This document shows positions 28,925-38,222 of a DNA stretch of 64,000 nucleotides, one piece after another (the first letter of the stretch is position 1; every line of letters starts with the position of its first letter). The stretch is taken from positions 1 through 64,000 of IMG/VR virus record IMGVR_UViG_3300025010_000004; one strand, written 5' to 3'. The notes beneath the pieces are model-generated. The model did no database searches. It was not told the DNA's origin and was given only the letters and a program-made list of their open reading frames with translations. Position numbers and translations under genes: made by a program. This stretch comes from a virus.

Positions 28925-31437
28925 TGGTCCTCCTCTTCGTCGTCCTCTGTTTCCTGATACTGCAGCGACTCGTACTTTTCCGCGTCAAATTTAGCAACGT
29001 CATTCCAGTTCTTACCTACTTCTGCGTCAGCTTTCATAGGAAAAGGGGCGTTATCTATTCCTTTAGGCCAAATACTCATGTGCCTGAGAATAAAGTCGTG
29101 GGCTTCCTTAACACAACTGTCGGGGACTTCCATTTCACAACTGTCATGGATAACGTTAATTATTCTGTACGGCAGATTCTTTTCATCAATCTCAGTCAGC
29201 ATATTCACAACTGCTTGCAGAAGTGTATCAGAAGACACGCTTTGTATCTGGAAGTTGTTAGCCTGCCGCGCTGCCCTAGAAGATAACGCTCTATCCTCAG
29301 AGGTTATGTAAGGCACTCTCCTACGTCTTCCGTTTACGGCTACAACATATCCATTCTCCACCGCGAATTTAATGTTATCTGCGAAAAACCTAGCAACACC
29401 GCTATGTCTTTCGAAATAAGTATCAAGCATTTCTTGTGCCGCTTCATTCGAAATACCAGCCCTCTTTGCTACCGTAGAAGCCCCTGCTCCGTAAAGCGCA
29501 CTGAAGCCTAAGGTTTTACCATTCTGTCTAGCCTCTGGGTACATATGCTTGACTTCATGTACTTCGCAAGGGAGATTAAATACTTCCTTGGCTGTGTTAG
29601 AATGTGGGTCTAGTCCATTTATGAAGCCATCACACATAACTTTATCTTTTGATATGGCTGCCGTAACCCTAAGCTCTGCGTTGCTAAGGTCAGCTATTAC
29701 TAGGCTGTAGCCTTCCTCAGCAATAAAGCATCTTTTGAGGTTGACACTTTCGGCTGAATGCATCACGACATTTTGCAGGCTGGGTTTTGTTGAGGAAATA
29801 CGCCCAGTTGCAGCACCACATACTCTAAAAGAACAGTGTAGGCGTCCGTTAACGTTCATGTTTATAATAGCGTTAACGTAGGTACTTAACATCTTTTGCA
29901 ACTCTTCAACTTCTTTAATTAATTTGATACTTGCTACATTCGGGAATCTTTCTGCCCAGACTGCAAAGCACTCCTTGTCTACAGCAAAAAATCCTTTCTT
30001 AGTTTTTTTAATCTCAGGGAACCGAAGAATATCTTTAAAAAGGAGGCGCTTATGGTTAGGACTGCTGCACAGAAAGGTAAGTGGTTCTGGTAAGGCTTTG
30101 AGTTTGTTCTTTCGTTGTAGATTGATTTGGTCTAGCTTCAGCCCAGACAGAACTTTAATAGCTACCTTTATTTCTGGAAGCTGTTGAATTTTATCATTAA
30201 GCGATTTTATTCTACCTTCCAACTCTTCCTTGTACCTAGCCGCTTCCTCAACATCTACCTTCCACCCGTTCTGCTCTATCCGAGCCAGCGCCCATGCATA
30301 ACTACTAACATCCTTAAACACCTCTTCCTGCTCTTCAACTATCAACTGTTTTTTAAAGTAATCAGCGAGTTGAAAACAATAGTCTACGTCCATACAGCCG
30401 TACGGAAACATAATTTCTAGAGGTATCATGTCATAGGTTAGCTCTGATTTTTTTAACTTTTTTTCCTTGCAAAGTTGTGTCTTAAATTCTTCTAGTGGCT
30501 TGTCGTAGTCACCAGCATCATCTAACAGAGTGGCCGCACAGAACTTTAATGAATGGGATTCTCTGTCTTCTAATGTCAAAAAGGAAGCTATCAATACGTC
30601 GAATACGTTATGCTTTGGCAGTTGTATTCCATATTTATGGCAAAGATGTTTGAAGTCGAAGTATCCATTAGCAACTATTTTTTCTCTAGAATCATCTTCA
30701 ACTAGGTATTTTATTCCACTAATAATTTCATCCCATTCTTCTGTACTCCAATTACCACCGTAGTCAGGAGTCTGTATGAACGCTCCAAAATCTTTTTTAT
30801 GGGATAACTGGATTGATAAAACTTTTCCGGTGTTAAACTGCAATGAAGTAGTTTCAATATCTATAGAAAAACTAAACACATTTTCAACATAAAATTTATA
30901 CATTGATCGAAATTTTTCTATAGTGTCAATAAGCACGTACTTCTTTTCAGCTTTTTCTTTAACAATTATCTGCGGATACTCCATTTCTTGCTTGACTAAT
31001 TTAAGGCTGTTAGTTATCACCGTTTGCATGTCAGGCTTGTACGCCAGCATACTATACGGCGGCGAAACTACAGCCTTGCATTTGTACTTATCGCAATAGA
31101 TAACCTTACCATAAAACTTACTTGCTCCTTTATTTCCAGTCATAACTTCGTAAGCTTTGGCGGTAGGAATTAATAGGACGCTCGGAGCGTTAACTTCTAT
31201 AAACTCGATTATCTCTGCCTCTTTGTTTTTAAAATCCTGTGCTTTTGGTTCTTTAACATCGGATAAAGTCAGCACTGAAACTTCCTCGAACGATATGCCG
31301 AGAGCCTTAAGCTCTACAACTAACTTGGTTATACCGTCTGGGGTTATCATCCCTCTTTCTATCCATGAAGCATGCTGCGGTGAATCGTATACTACTACTA
31401 ATTTTGTATTGGTTGCTACCCTTGGCTTAATTCCCAT
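28921..31437 (-). CDS. polA: Family A DNA polymerase with N-terminal UDG-like and 3'-5' exonuclease domains
   Basis: Exo motifs DIET, NGYFD, YGCMD; Pol motifs TGRISS, DLSNAELR, RQNGKTLGFSALYG, IHDS. Confidence 0.95.
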   Translation of the reverse strand: MGIKPRVATNTKLVVVYDSPQHASWIERGMITPDGITKLVVELKALGISFEEVSVLTLSDVKEPKAQDFKNKEAEIIEFIEVNAPSVLLIPTAKAYEVMTGNKGASKFYGKVIYCDKYKCKAVVSPPYSMLAYKPDMQTVITNSLKLVKQEMEYPQIIVKEKAEKKYVLIDTIEKFRSMYKFYVENVFSFSIDIETTSLQFNTGKVLSIQLSHKKDFGAFIQTPDYGGNWSTEEWDEIISGIKYLVEDDSREKIVANGYFDFKHLCHKYGIQLPKHNVFDVLIASFLTLEDRESHSLKFCAATLLDDAGDYDKPLEEFKTQLCKEKKLKKSELTYDMIPLEIMFPYGCMDVDYCFQLADYFKKQLIVEEQEEVFKDVSSYAWALARIEQNGWKVDVEEAARYKEELEGRIKSLNDKIQQLPEIKVAIKVLSGLKLDQINLQRKNKLKALPEPLTFLCSSPNHKRLLFKDILRFPEIKKTKKGFFAVDKECFAVWAERFPNVASIKLIKEVEELQKMLSTYVNAIINMNVNGRLHCSFRVCGAATGRISSTKPSLQNVVMHSAESVNLKRCFIAEEGYSLVIADLSNAELRVTAAISKDKVMCDGFINGLDPHSNTAKEVFNLPCEVHEVKHMYPEARQNGKTLGFSALYGAGASTVAKRAGISNEAAQEMLDTYFERHSGVARFFADNIKFAVENGYVVAVNGRRRRVPYITSEDRALSSRAARQANNFQIQSVSSDTLLQAVVNMLTEIDEKNLPYRIINVIHDSCEMEVPDSCVKEAHDFILRHMSIWPKGIDNAPFPMKADAEVGKNWNDVAKFDAEKYESLQYQETEDDEEEDQ

Positions 31438-31446
31438 AATCAGCTC

Positions 31447-31815
31447 CTACCTCCAATTGTCACCAACCTCCTTGTGGTATTCTATCATAGTGCTGGACGA
31501 AAAAGCCCACGCCGCTATTTCTTCTTTGTTTCCAATTTTTGAATGTGGTACGCCTTCGAGGACTACTTGACGTATGTGCTTGTATTCGTGCCCTACACTC
31601 TGGACTACGTGATTAACAGGTCTAGCAGCGGCTACTTCGATCTTGTATTCTTCTCCGTTGTAAAGAAGCCGCGCCGTCACATACTTATTAAGGATGGATT
31701 TAACCGGGGGATATTCTGTGTGAATCTTTGTATTTGCTACTGGATACTTGTCTCTGAGCCACGCTAGAAACTTATCTGCTGCCCTTGCTTTTTCAGCTAT
31801 TGTTAGATCGTGCAT
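31447..31815 (-). CDS. HExxH metallopeptidase-like protein
   Basis: GHEYKHIRQ...EEIAA; AGGAGG RBS supports a start at 31815. Confidence 0.55.
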   Translation of the reverse strand: MHDLTIAEKARAADKFLAWLRDKYPVANTKIHTEYPPVKSILNKYVTARLLYNGEEYKIEVAAARPVNHVVQSVGHEYKHIRQVVLEGVPHSKIGNKEEIAAWAFSSSTMIEYHKEVGDNWR

Positions 31816-31828
31816 AATCCTCCTGTAG

Positions 31829-31848
31829 GTAGAACATGCATGTTCTAC
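31829..31848. promoter_or_regulatory. Palindrome site 4 (20-bp variant)
   Basis: GTAGAACATGCATGTTCTAC; central CATG duplicated; 1 nt after the primase stop. Confidence 0.7.
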
Positions 31849-31849
31849 C

Positions 31850-32854
31850 TTACCAGTACACATTCTGACATTTCCCTTTCTCTATAAAGTTACACCTATG
31901 CATAGAACACCGTGAACCTAACTCAGGTTTTCTGTCAGGTAAGCATAAAGGTACGCTTGCTTTGACTTTGTTTTCGATAGCCCAACTTATTTCATCCTTA
32001 CTTAAGTCTCCTAGGTCTTTTCCCTCAGGAACTCTTGAAGTGTTGGTTGAATAAACTGGGAGCCAATTACTAATCATACTGCATATTTCTTGTTCTGCTT
32101 TTATTCCAGCTTTGTCGTTATCAGCAAACATCACTACGTAATCTACATTCAAAGCCAAGACCATCCTAAGCTTGGTCCGAGACCAGTTGTTTGCTCCAAA
32201 GAAGCAAAGCGTAGGAAACCCATGCCCGACCCCATTTACAGAATGAAAAATCCCTTCGCCTAATATCACATAGTTAGGCTTCATTTCCTTAACTATGTCA
32301 TACGGGTAAAGCCAATCTACCCCGCAACTACTCCCCTTATTACGTAGATACTTAGGCTTCATATCATCTTTTAAAGCCCGTGCATCCACCCCAATAAGCT
32401 CGCCTCCTAAGTAAATAGGAAACACTATTCGGTTATCGTACCAGCCTCTGTTGCAGCGTATAGCTCCTAGTTTTCTGTAGGTGTCTATTGAAATTCCTCT
32501 GAACCCATCTTCATCCCAAGGGTCTCCCGGAGGTATCAGCACCTGCCTTGCTTCGCTAAGAGGAACGTCGAACGTATGCTCTATTTGCTTTATCTTAGCT
32601 CGTATAGCCATAGTCCTAAAGTCAAGTTCCTCTAGTGCCCCTCCAGTTAACCATTGTAGTAGATCGTCACCTTTTAGTGAAAATCCACACGCGAAGCAAT
32701 GTGAAACTAGCCTGTCAGCGTTAATGTTAAAACTTGGCCTTGCGTCAACCCCGCCTTGATGGTTGGCTGCGTGTGGGCATACTATGGCTATTTCACCGTC
32801 CGGCTTTATAACGTAGTGTATTCCTTTAGCCTCAATTAGTTCTATAATTTCCAC
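31850..32854 (-). CDS. DNA primase (Zn-finger + TOPRIM)
   Basis: CPH...PSFNI...HCFAC, RIVFPI, PKYL, GEG, FADNDKAG, KDLGD. Confidence 0.9.
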   Translation of the reverse strand: MEIIELIEAKGIHYVIKPDGEIAIVCPHAANHQGGVDARPSFNINADRLVSHCFACGFSLKGDDLLQWLTGGALEELDFRTMAIRAKIKQIEHTFDVPLSEARQVLIPPGDPWDEDGFRGISIDTYRKLGAIRCNRGWYDNRIVFPIYLGGELIGVDARALKDDMKPKYLRNKGSSCGVDWLYPYDIVKEMKPNYVILGEGIFHSVNGVGHGFPTLCFFGANNWSRTKLRMVLALNVDYVVMFADNDKAGIKAEQEICSMISNWLPVYSTNTSRVPEGKDLGDLSKDEISWAIENKVKASVPLCLPDRKPELGSRCSMHRCNFIEKGKCQNVYW

Positions 32855-32873
32855 ACGCCCTCCTTTCTATACG

Positions 32874-33146
32874 TCACACCTTTCGTAGGTGTTCCACAAA
32901 TGCGCCTACCACATCACGCAGCGTTTCCATTTTCGCAATGAAATCGTCCAGTGAATCAGTTTCAGCCTTATGCAGCCTAATCTTGCTATGGCAATCGGAT
33001 ATTTCCAAAATAGTCATAACTTCTTTCTTACCTTTACGGGTCCAAGGTGCCACACCATGATAAGCCACAACTGCACCAGTAGATGGATGCCCGTGAGGGT
33101 TTAACCACTGCCTATTTGAGTACCCGGCTCCTTTATCTTTTGCCAC
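32874..33146 (-). CDS. Hypothetical protein
   Basis: GAGG RBS with GTG start; ISDCHSKIRLH. Confidence 0.55.
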   Translation of the reverse strand: MAKDKGAGYSNRQWLNPHGHPSTGAVVAYHGVAPWTRKGKKEVMTILEISDCHSKIRLHKAETDSLDDFIAKMETLRDVVGAFVEHLRKV

Positions 33147-33252
33147 GATTTAACCTCATCACTTCCTGCTTCGTTTTTGGCCACGAATTAACTATTTTAG
33201 ACGCGGCCTCAAGTTGACGAACAAGCCAACCCGCCTTAAAATTGACTACCAT
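33133..33252 (-). CDS. 39-aa hypothetical protein, not in the ORF track
   Basis: AAGGAGG RBS; MVVNFKAGWLVRQLEAASKIVNSWPK... Confidence 0.45.
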   Translation of the reverse strand: MVVNFKAGWLVRQLEAASKIVNSWPKTKQEVMRLNRGKR

Positions 33253-33265
33253 TTCAGCTCCCTCC

Positions 33266-34084
33266 TTATACCTTTTTAAGCGCAGCTAGCTCCTTCGCCA
33301 GATCGGCTACTGTTGCTTTTATAGTGGCGTCTTTTAGTCTTATAGGTATAGCCCCATACCTATCCAAACTAACTTTGTACCTCTCTTTGAACTCTTCTGG
33401 TGTAAGGTGAGAGGATAGAATTGTAGACTTGCCCCTTAGCCTGCGCTGGTCTATGAACGCAGAACAGGTAGCCTCAGTGAATCCTGAGTTCGCCTTGTAC
33501 ACAGTTCCAAGCATACTAAGGCAAGCTATATCTGCGGCTTCCATAGCATCTATAAGCGCAGAGTCTTGGAATGTCTTAACTTCCTCCATGAATGTAGTAA
33601 GTGGGACCATGCAACATTTCAACTTACTTCTAACCGCCGATTTAAGAATGTTTGAAGCAGCCAGCATAGCTCCGTCTTCGAATTCACTGTAGAAATAAAG
33701 CACTCTGCCTAAGCTGGAAAATCCTATAGGATCTTCCAGTATTTGTGAATACAGGTTTAGGTTTTCTCCTGTAGTAGCAGGCAGCTCATTCCTGTCGATA
33801 TACATAGGCGGTATTCTGGCTATTGTATAATGTATTGCCCTAAGCTTTTCTTCGTGACTGTGTTCTGTCAATTTATATTTCCTCCAATACGCCTCATGGC
33901 ACCTACTAACTATGCTAGGCAAGTCCAAGGCCACTCTATCCAGTTGGTCGCTTCCGTACAGCTGAAATATACCTTTAAGATATGGTTTCGGTATCGTAAG
34001 GTATTTTCTAAATATCATGCTGTCCTTAAGTGTGTAGTTGGCGTTAAGCGGCCTTAGTAAGTTTCTTACTGGAACATTATCCAC
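33266..34084 (-). CDS. DnaC/IstB-like helicase-loader-like protein with degenerate Walker motifs
   Basis: IPPMY, FIDQRRLRGKSTILSSHL pattern; lies between DnaB and primase. Confidence 0.5.
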   Translation of the reverse strand: MDNVPVRNLLRPLNANYTLKDSMIFRKYLTIPKPYLKGIFQLYGSDQLDRVALDLPSIVSRCHEAYWRKYKLTEHSHEEKLRAIHYTIARIPPMYIDRNELPATTGENLNLYSQILEDPIGFSSLGRVLYFYSEFEDGAMLAASNILKSAVRSKLKCCMVPLTTFMEEVKTFQDSALIDAMEAADIACLSMLGTVYKANSGFTEATCSAFIDQRRLRGKSTILSSHLTPEEFKERYKVSLDRYGAIPIRLKDATIKATVADLAKELAALKKV

Positions 34085-34449
34085 TATTTTCCCCTAGCAG
34101 CTTCCATCTCAGCTTTTGTTCTTCGCTTGCGCTTCTGCTTTTGGTTTACCGGAACGGCCACAGGCTTTTCTTCAACCTTTACAGCTTCAACTTCTTCTTT
34201 AGGTGTTCTGGTCTTTTTCGGTCCTTCCTTAGCAGGTGCCTTCTTTTTCTTTCTAATGCTTTTAGGTTCTACGAAATTAGGTATGCCGTACTTAGTCAGA
34301 TACTTCTGCTCTATAAGCAGGGCTTTAATCTTTTCGTAGTTCTCAGTGTAGGTTTTGCACAATTCTTTCACCTTTATCGCACAGCTATAAACACAAATTA
34401 GGGCATTTATCTGGCACTGCCCTCCGTCCTTCTCGCACCATACTATCAT
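34084..34449 (-). CDS. Hypothetical Cys-containing protein with basic tail
   Basis: ORF coupled to its neighbours; RKRRTKAEME motif. Confidence 0.55.
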   Translation of the reverse strand: MIVWCEKDGGQCQINALICVYSCAIKVKELCKTYTENYEKIKALLIEQKYLTKYGIPNFVEPKSIRKKKKAPAKEGPKKTRTPKEEVEAVKVEEKPVAVPVNQKQKRKRRTKAEMEAARGK

Positions 34450-34640
34450 TTTGCCTCCAATGGCTCATAAATGCGCTCAAAATTATCTGGATTTCCACCA
34501 CCTCTCCAGTAGTCATTCCCTCCATCTATAAAAATGGAGCCACAGCTACACGAAACCCAGTCATGTCTATGTACTGAGACTATAATACCTCCGCACTTCA
34601 AACACTTTGCTTTATTTTTGTACTTTTTATCTTCTTCCAT
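34446..34640 (-). CDS. Small Zn-binding phage protein
   Basis: KCLKC...HRHDWVSCSCG..FIDGG pattern common in phages. Confidence 0.65.
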   Translation of the reverse strand: MEEDKKYKNKAKCLKCGGIIVSVHRHDWVSCSCGSIFIDGGNDYWRGGGNPDNFERIYEPLEAK

Positions 34641-34658
34641 TTTGTCACCTCCTTGTGG

Positions 34659-34674
34659 GTAGAACTTGTTCTAC
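34659..34674. promoter_or_regulatory. 16-bp palindrome site 5
   Basis: GTAGAACTTGTTCTAC, 2 nt after the DnaB stop. Confidence 0.8.
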
Positions 34675-34676
34675 TT

Positions 34677-36032
34677 CTAGAATGCCAGATCTTCAAATTT
34701 ACAAACATCAAACCTTCTCAACAATTTAAACGGTTTAAGGGCCGGCTCGTTAGGTACTGACTGAAAATTCCTAAAAGCTTTGTATGCCACTGTAGACGTT
34801 CCTGCTTCCTTGTCGCCATTTTCCTGTTTGAGGATAAGGCATAGATCGCAGTCCGCAATTATTCCTCCACCCCACCTAATCTTATCTTCTTTTTCGTCTA
34901 ACTGCACTGGTGTTATAATCCTGCAGTCGTTGTTTCTGGCGAACGTTTTAAGGTCTCTACTTCTAGCCAGAAGGTATTCCCATGATGCTAATGTTTTGTC
35001 TCCACCTCCCCTCGGAACTAACGAGATATAGTCTAGTACAAACGTTCGGACATTCTTCATGTCCACCATCATCTGCATGTAAAGGAATAATTTGTCCCAA
35101 GACCCAGGCTTGTCTGGTATAAAGAATCTATTTTTCTTAGGGGCAAAATGATCCCAGAACAAAGGCCACCACTTGTCGGCATCTTCATTCTTAGTCTGCT
35201 CAATGAAATCTTTCATGTTAGGATTAAAATCACACAAATGACGGACTTCGGCCTCTCGCAGGGCTAGCCGCTGTTCATTTGTTAGCATATTACTGGTTAT
35301 TAGCCCAACATTAATTTCACTTTTAGATGCAAGTATCCTCATCTTAACTTCTGTCTGACTCATCTCGTAAGAGATGTAACAAGAAGACCCTTCATAATTT
35401 TCATGCCCGTAGGTTAGAAACTGTAGAGCTAGTAGCGATTTACCAGCTTTACTAGGAGCACCTACTAATGTTAAACTTTTTTCTGCAAAAGGACCATGCA
35501 TATCTAGCGAAGTCAGCCCAGACTTTCTGAAATTGTACTGGACGCTCTTACCAGCAAGGCGGACCATATCACCAGAATCTAGGTTATCTCCAGCCCCATG
35601 TTGGAACATACTTTCGTACATCTCTTTCATAACAGCCACCGCGTTGTCTTCGTCCCGCTTGTCCACTGAGTCTACTAGCTTTCCAGCGCCGTCTAGTATG
35701 CACCTAAACTGATACTGAGTATGTAGTTTTTTAATTAGATCATCCGTGGTGATGCCTGATGTGTCCTTGGCTTTTATGTCTGAAATAAGATCTACGTAGA
35801 ATCTCTGCTTGTCTGGGTTGGCTACCCTGTTTGTAATCTCCATCTTTAGAACGTCCCACCCAGGAAGTTGATAATGGGTAGTAAAATGAGTGCCTATGAT
35901 GGTGTATATGTTCTGAAGCTCTTTGTTTCCGAATAGCTCTGTAGGAACTGCCATCAATAATTCTGGAGATTTCGATTCTACTATTTTTTTCAGTATCAGC
36001 ATCTCTGCTTGTGTATTTACTATTTTTGACAT
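34677..36032 (-). CDS. DnaB-like replicative helicase
   Basis: GAPSKAGKS, SYEM, VLDYI, LKTFAR...PVQL. Confidence 0.88.
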   Translation of the reverse strand: MSKIVNTQAEMLILKKIVESKSPELLMAVPTELFGNKELQNIYTIIGTHFTTHYQLPGWDVLKMEITNRVANPDKQRFYVDLISDIKAKDTSGITTDDLIKKLHTQYQFRCILDGAGKLVDSVDKRDEDNAVAVMKEMYESMFQHGAGDNLDSGDMVRLAGKSVQYNFRKSGLTSLDMHGPFAEKSLTLVGAPSKAGKSLLALQFLTYGHENYEGSSCYISYEMSQTEVKMRILASKSEINVGLITSNMLTNEQRLALREAEVRHLCDFNPNMKDFIEQTKNEDADKWWPLFWDHFAPKKNRFFIPDKPGSWDKLFLYMQMMVDMKNVRTFVLDYISLVPRGGGDKTLASWEYLLARSRDLKTFARNNDCRIITPVQLDEKEDKIRWGGGIIADCDLCLILKQENGDKEAGTSTVAYKAFRNFQSVPNEPALKPFKLLRRFDVCKFEDLAF

Positions 36033-36137
36033 AGTTGCTCCTTACTGGCGTTTTTATGAGTTGTATATTTGATTGTGGAATAAGTTGTAGTTAATTAACA
36101 GAATGGAGATGCAAGTGAATCATCAAAATGAAGGCGT

Positions 36138-36166
36138 ATTATACCACAGCAATTGATAAATGTCAA
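36138..36166 (-). promoter_or_regulatory. Consensus sigma70 promoter for the replication operon
   Basis: TTGACA-N17-TATAAT with TGTGG. Confidence 0.85.
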
Positions 36167-36248
36167 GCTTTATTTTTAACTTTTTTGTGGTCAATACCAC
36201 TTATTTTCGGGGAATATAAAATTATTTTTCAAAAAGTGAAAATAAAGC

Positions 36249-36405
36249 TTGACAAAATCGCAAAAGTGTGGTATAATACAATCTTCGAGCCAAAGCGAAG
36301 AAGATTGCTAATAGGTTGGTTTTAAGGTTTACTGTTTATAGCCTTTTCTTTTACCTTTACCCTGTGTCTACCCCGCCCGAAGGGCGGGAGGCGTTTTAAT
36401 GAGAA
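36249..36405 (+). ncRNA. Promoter-driven structured non-coding element, copy 1 (sRNA or R-loop origin)
   Basis: TTGACA-N17-TATAAT at 36249-36277; three hairpins; 47 nt identical to 55438-55484. Confidence 0.65.
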
Positions 36406-36628
36406 ATTTATCAATCTTAGCTTTATTCTCAAGTGTATCTATCAAGTCTTCACGGTCTTCTATAATACTACAAAGGTCGTAATTCTCTTCTTCAAGGTCT
36501 TCTATCTCTTCCCTCAACCTATCATTCTCATTTTCATTAAACTTTGAACGTTCATACTCACAAGTAACGCACATACTTCTAGGGCTTAGCTCATGTACTT
36601 CTCTATCGCATTGGTAGCATCGTTTCAT
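36368..36628 (-). CDS. Hypothetical Zn-finger/coiled-coil protein
   Basis: CYQC...CVTC; its last codons read through the conserved non-coding block. Confidence 0.55.
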   Translation of the reverse strand: MKRCYQCDREVHELSPRSMCVTCEYERSKFNENENDRLREEIEDLEEENYDLCSIIEDREDLIDTLENKAKIDKFLIKTPPALRAG

Positions 36629-36641
36629 TTTACCTCCTTCG

Positions 36642-36657
36642 GTAGAACATGTTCTAC
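36642..36657. promoter_or_regulatory. 16-bp palindrome site 6
   Basis: GTAGAACATGTTCTAC; supplies the TAG of 36654..37094. Confidence 0.8.
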
Positions 36658-37094
36658 CCTGCCAATAGTTCCTTAGTTATTTTAGCGGCAACCGCTCCGT
36701 CGTATAGACCAGCGTAGTTTTCTTTAAGGAACTTCATAACATCTTTAAGTTCCACCTGGCCCTCTCCAGCGTCACGCGTAACTTTTATGTACTTATGCGC
36801 AAGGGCTGTCAACTCATCTGTGCTAAGCTGCTTAGGAAGATATCCATTCAGGATAGCTATCTCAGCTTCCCTAGCATCAATATACGATTTAACGTCAGGT
36901 AGCCTATCAGAATACCTTATGCACTCGTTAGCATTATTTATAAACTTTTTAACTACGGCCACAAATTCGGCGTCTGAGGGGTTTTTATTTACCTTAGTGG
37001 CCTCACCTATTAGCGTGCCTAATAAGTCCTTTCTGAGGCCATCCTTGGCCCTCAGAGCACCTATTCTGTCAGCCCTAACATCGTCTATTAACAT
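36654..37094 (-). CDS. GatB/YqeY domain protein
   Basis: ALRAKD..RKDLLGTLIGE, EIAILNGYLPKQLS, VMKFLK..YAGLYDG. Confidence 0.85.
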   Translation of the reverse strand: MLIDDVRADRIGALRAKDGLRKDLLGTLIGEATKVNKNPSDAEFVAVVKKFINNANECIRYSDRLPDVKSYIDAREAEIAILNGYLPKQLSTDELTALAHKYIKVTRDAGEGQVELKDVMKFLKENYAGLYDGAVAAKITKELLAG

Positions 37095-37492
37095 TACGCA
37101 GCCTCCTTAGGAGGCATACAATTGTCGCATAGGCAATATACCCACCCATCTATGTTTTTAATGCAGTCATATTGTAGCTCTCCACACTTTTCGCAGGTGA
37201 TGCTACACTTTCCCTCAAAAGCCCCCAAAGCAGTCTCAACGCCATACCCTACTTTATCGGGGTAGGTTACGTAGCACCTAGCCTGCCCGAACTTTTCCTT
37301 TATCTGGAAAATTTTAATTTCGTGAGGCCCACCGTTATGTGTGCGTTGCCATTCAAGGCTCTTTAGAAAATCTTCTACGTGCCTGGCCCAGCCTACTCCG
37401 CATTCAATTCCGCGCACAGGTTTACCTTCTTTGTCAGTTTCAAAGAGGTGAATATACTTCTGCTCCAATTCATCGTACCAATGTTTTAGCAT
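37094..37492 (-). CDS. Conserved phage protein with Zn-ribbon
   Basis: ECGVGW, QIKEKFG, CEKC...CDNC. Confidence 0.65.
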   Translation of the reverse strand: MLKHWYDELEQKYIHLFETDKEGKPVRGIECGVGWARHVEDFLKSLEWQRTHNGGPHEIKIFQIKEKFGQARCYVTYPDKVGYGVETALGAFEGKCSITCEKCGELQYDCIKNIDGWVYCLCDNCMPPKEAA

Positions 37493-37698
37493 AGTTGTGC
37501 CTCCACTACTGCCCTAGCGCAGTTAATAGCGTCTTTGTGTCTGCCCAGTCTGCTAAGCTCGCCTTTGCGTATCTGCCGTATTAGCATACGCAGGGTATTC
37601 CTAGCATGGTGCTCATTCATGTCACCGACAGCGATAACCTCCATATCCTTAGTTACCCACAGTTCTTCGTCCTTGTAGTTGTTGTCTCTAATTGGCAT
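37486..37698 (-). CDS. Hypothetical protein
   Basis: AAGGAGG RBS; WVTKD...DMNEHHARNTL. Confidence 0.55.
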   Translation of the reverse strand: MPIRDNNYKDEELWVTKDMEVIAVGDMNEHHARNTLRMLIRQIRKGELSRLGRHKDAINCARAVVEAQLC

Positions 37699-37716
37699 TT
37701 TTACCTCCTTGTAGTG

Positions 37717-37950
37717 TTAGCAATTTCCGTCTTCTTTTATTTCGAATTTAACTTTTCTCTGTTCTCCTACGAAGAACCAGTACTCGGTTTGTTCCAGTCT
37801 CCACCTACCAACGGCCTTCTCGACAGACTTGCATCCACAGTTGGGGCAGCAGGCGTATGAATTAGTCCATATAACAGTCCCAAAAGTCCAGTCGCAATTA
37901 GTACACCTATGCCCTATCTCGTAGCGCCCATACTCCACTAGTGTTTTCAT
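37717..37950 (-). CDS. Zn-ribbon protein
   Basis: CTNC...CPNC. Confidence 0.55.
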   Translation of the reverse strand: MKTLVEYGRYEIGHRCTNCDWTFGTVIWTNSYACCPNCGCKSVEKAVGRWRLEQTEYWFFVGEQRKVKFEIKEDGNC

Positions 37951-38222
37951 TTAGACGTACCTCCCGGATATTTAGTATAGTATATAGCTAGGGCTGTCCA
38001 TGTCCCATTGCCTAGCATTACAGATAGGTTCCCTAAGAATGATAGAGGTTGACACAGCGCAGTGTAGTAGACTATGTTCCATACACCTATTAGTGTGAAG
38101 AATGCTTGTGGACCCCAAGATATACCAGCCACCATTTTATCTCTTCTTAACTTGAACACATTAACCCACACTATAATTCCTGCTATGGCGACTAGTATTG
38201 CGTTTATTGCGTCTACATTCAT
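37947..38222 (-). CDS. Three-TM SemiSWEET/PQ-loop-like membrane protein
   Basis: Three hydrophobic helices; KLRRDKMVAGISW loop; W..YY and N in helix 3. Confidence 0.55.
   Translation of the reverse strand: MNVDAINAILVAIAGIIVWVNVFKLRRDKMVAGISWGPQAFFTLIGVWNIVYYTALCQPLSFLGNLSVMLGNGTWTALAIYYTKYPGGTSK

Noticed and set aside
36128-36325. + strand ORFs 36128..36325 and 55293..55478
   Set aside because: They run across promoter boxes, lack an RBS, and start upstream of the promoters that would transcribe them; the non-coding explanation fits better.
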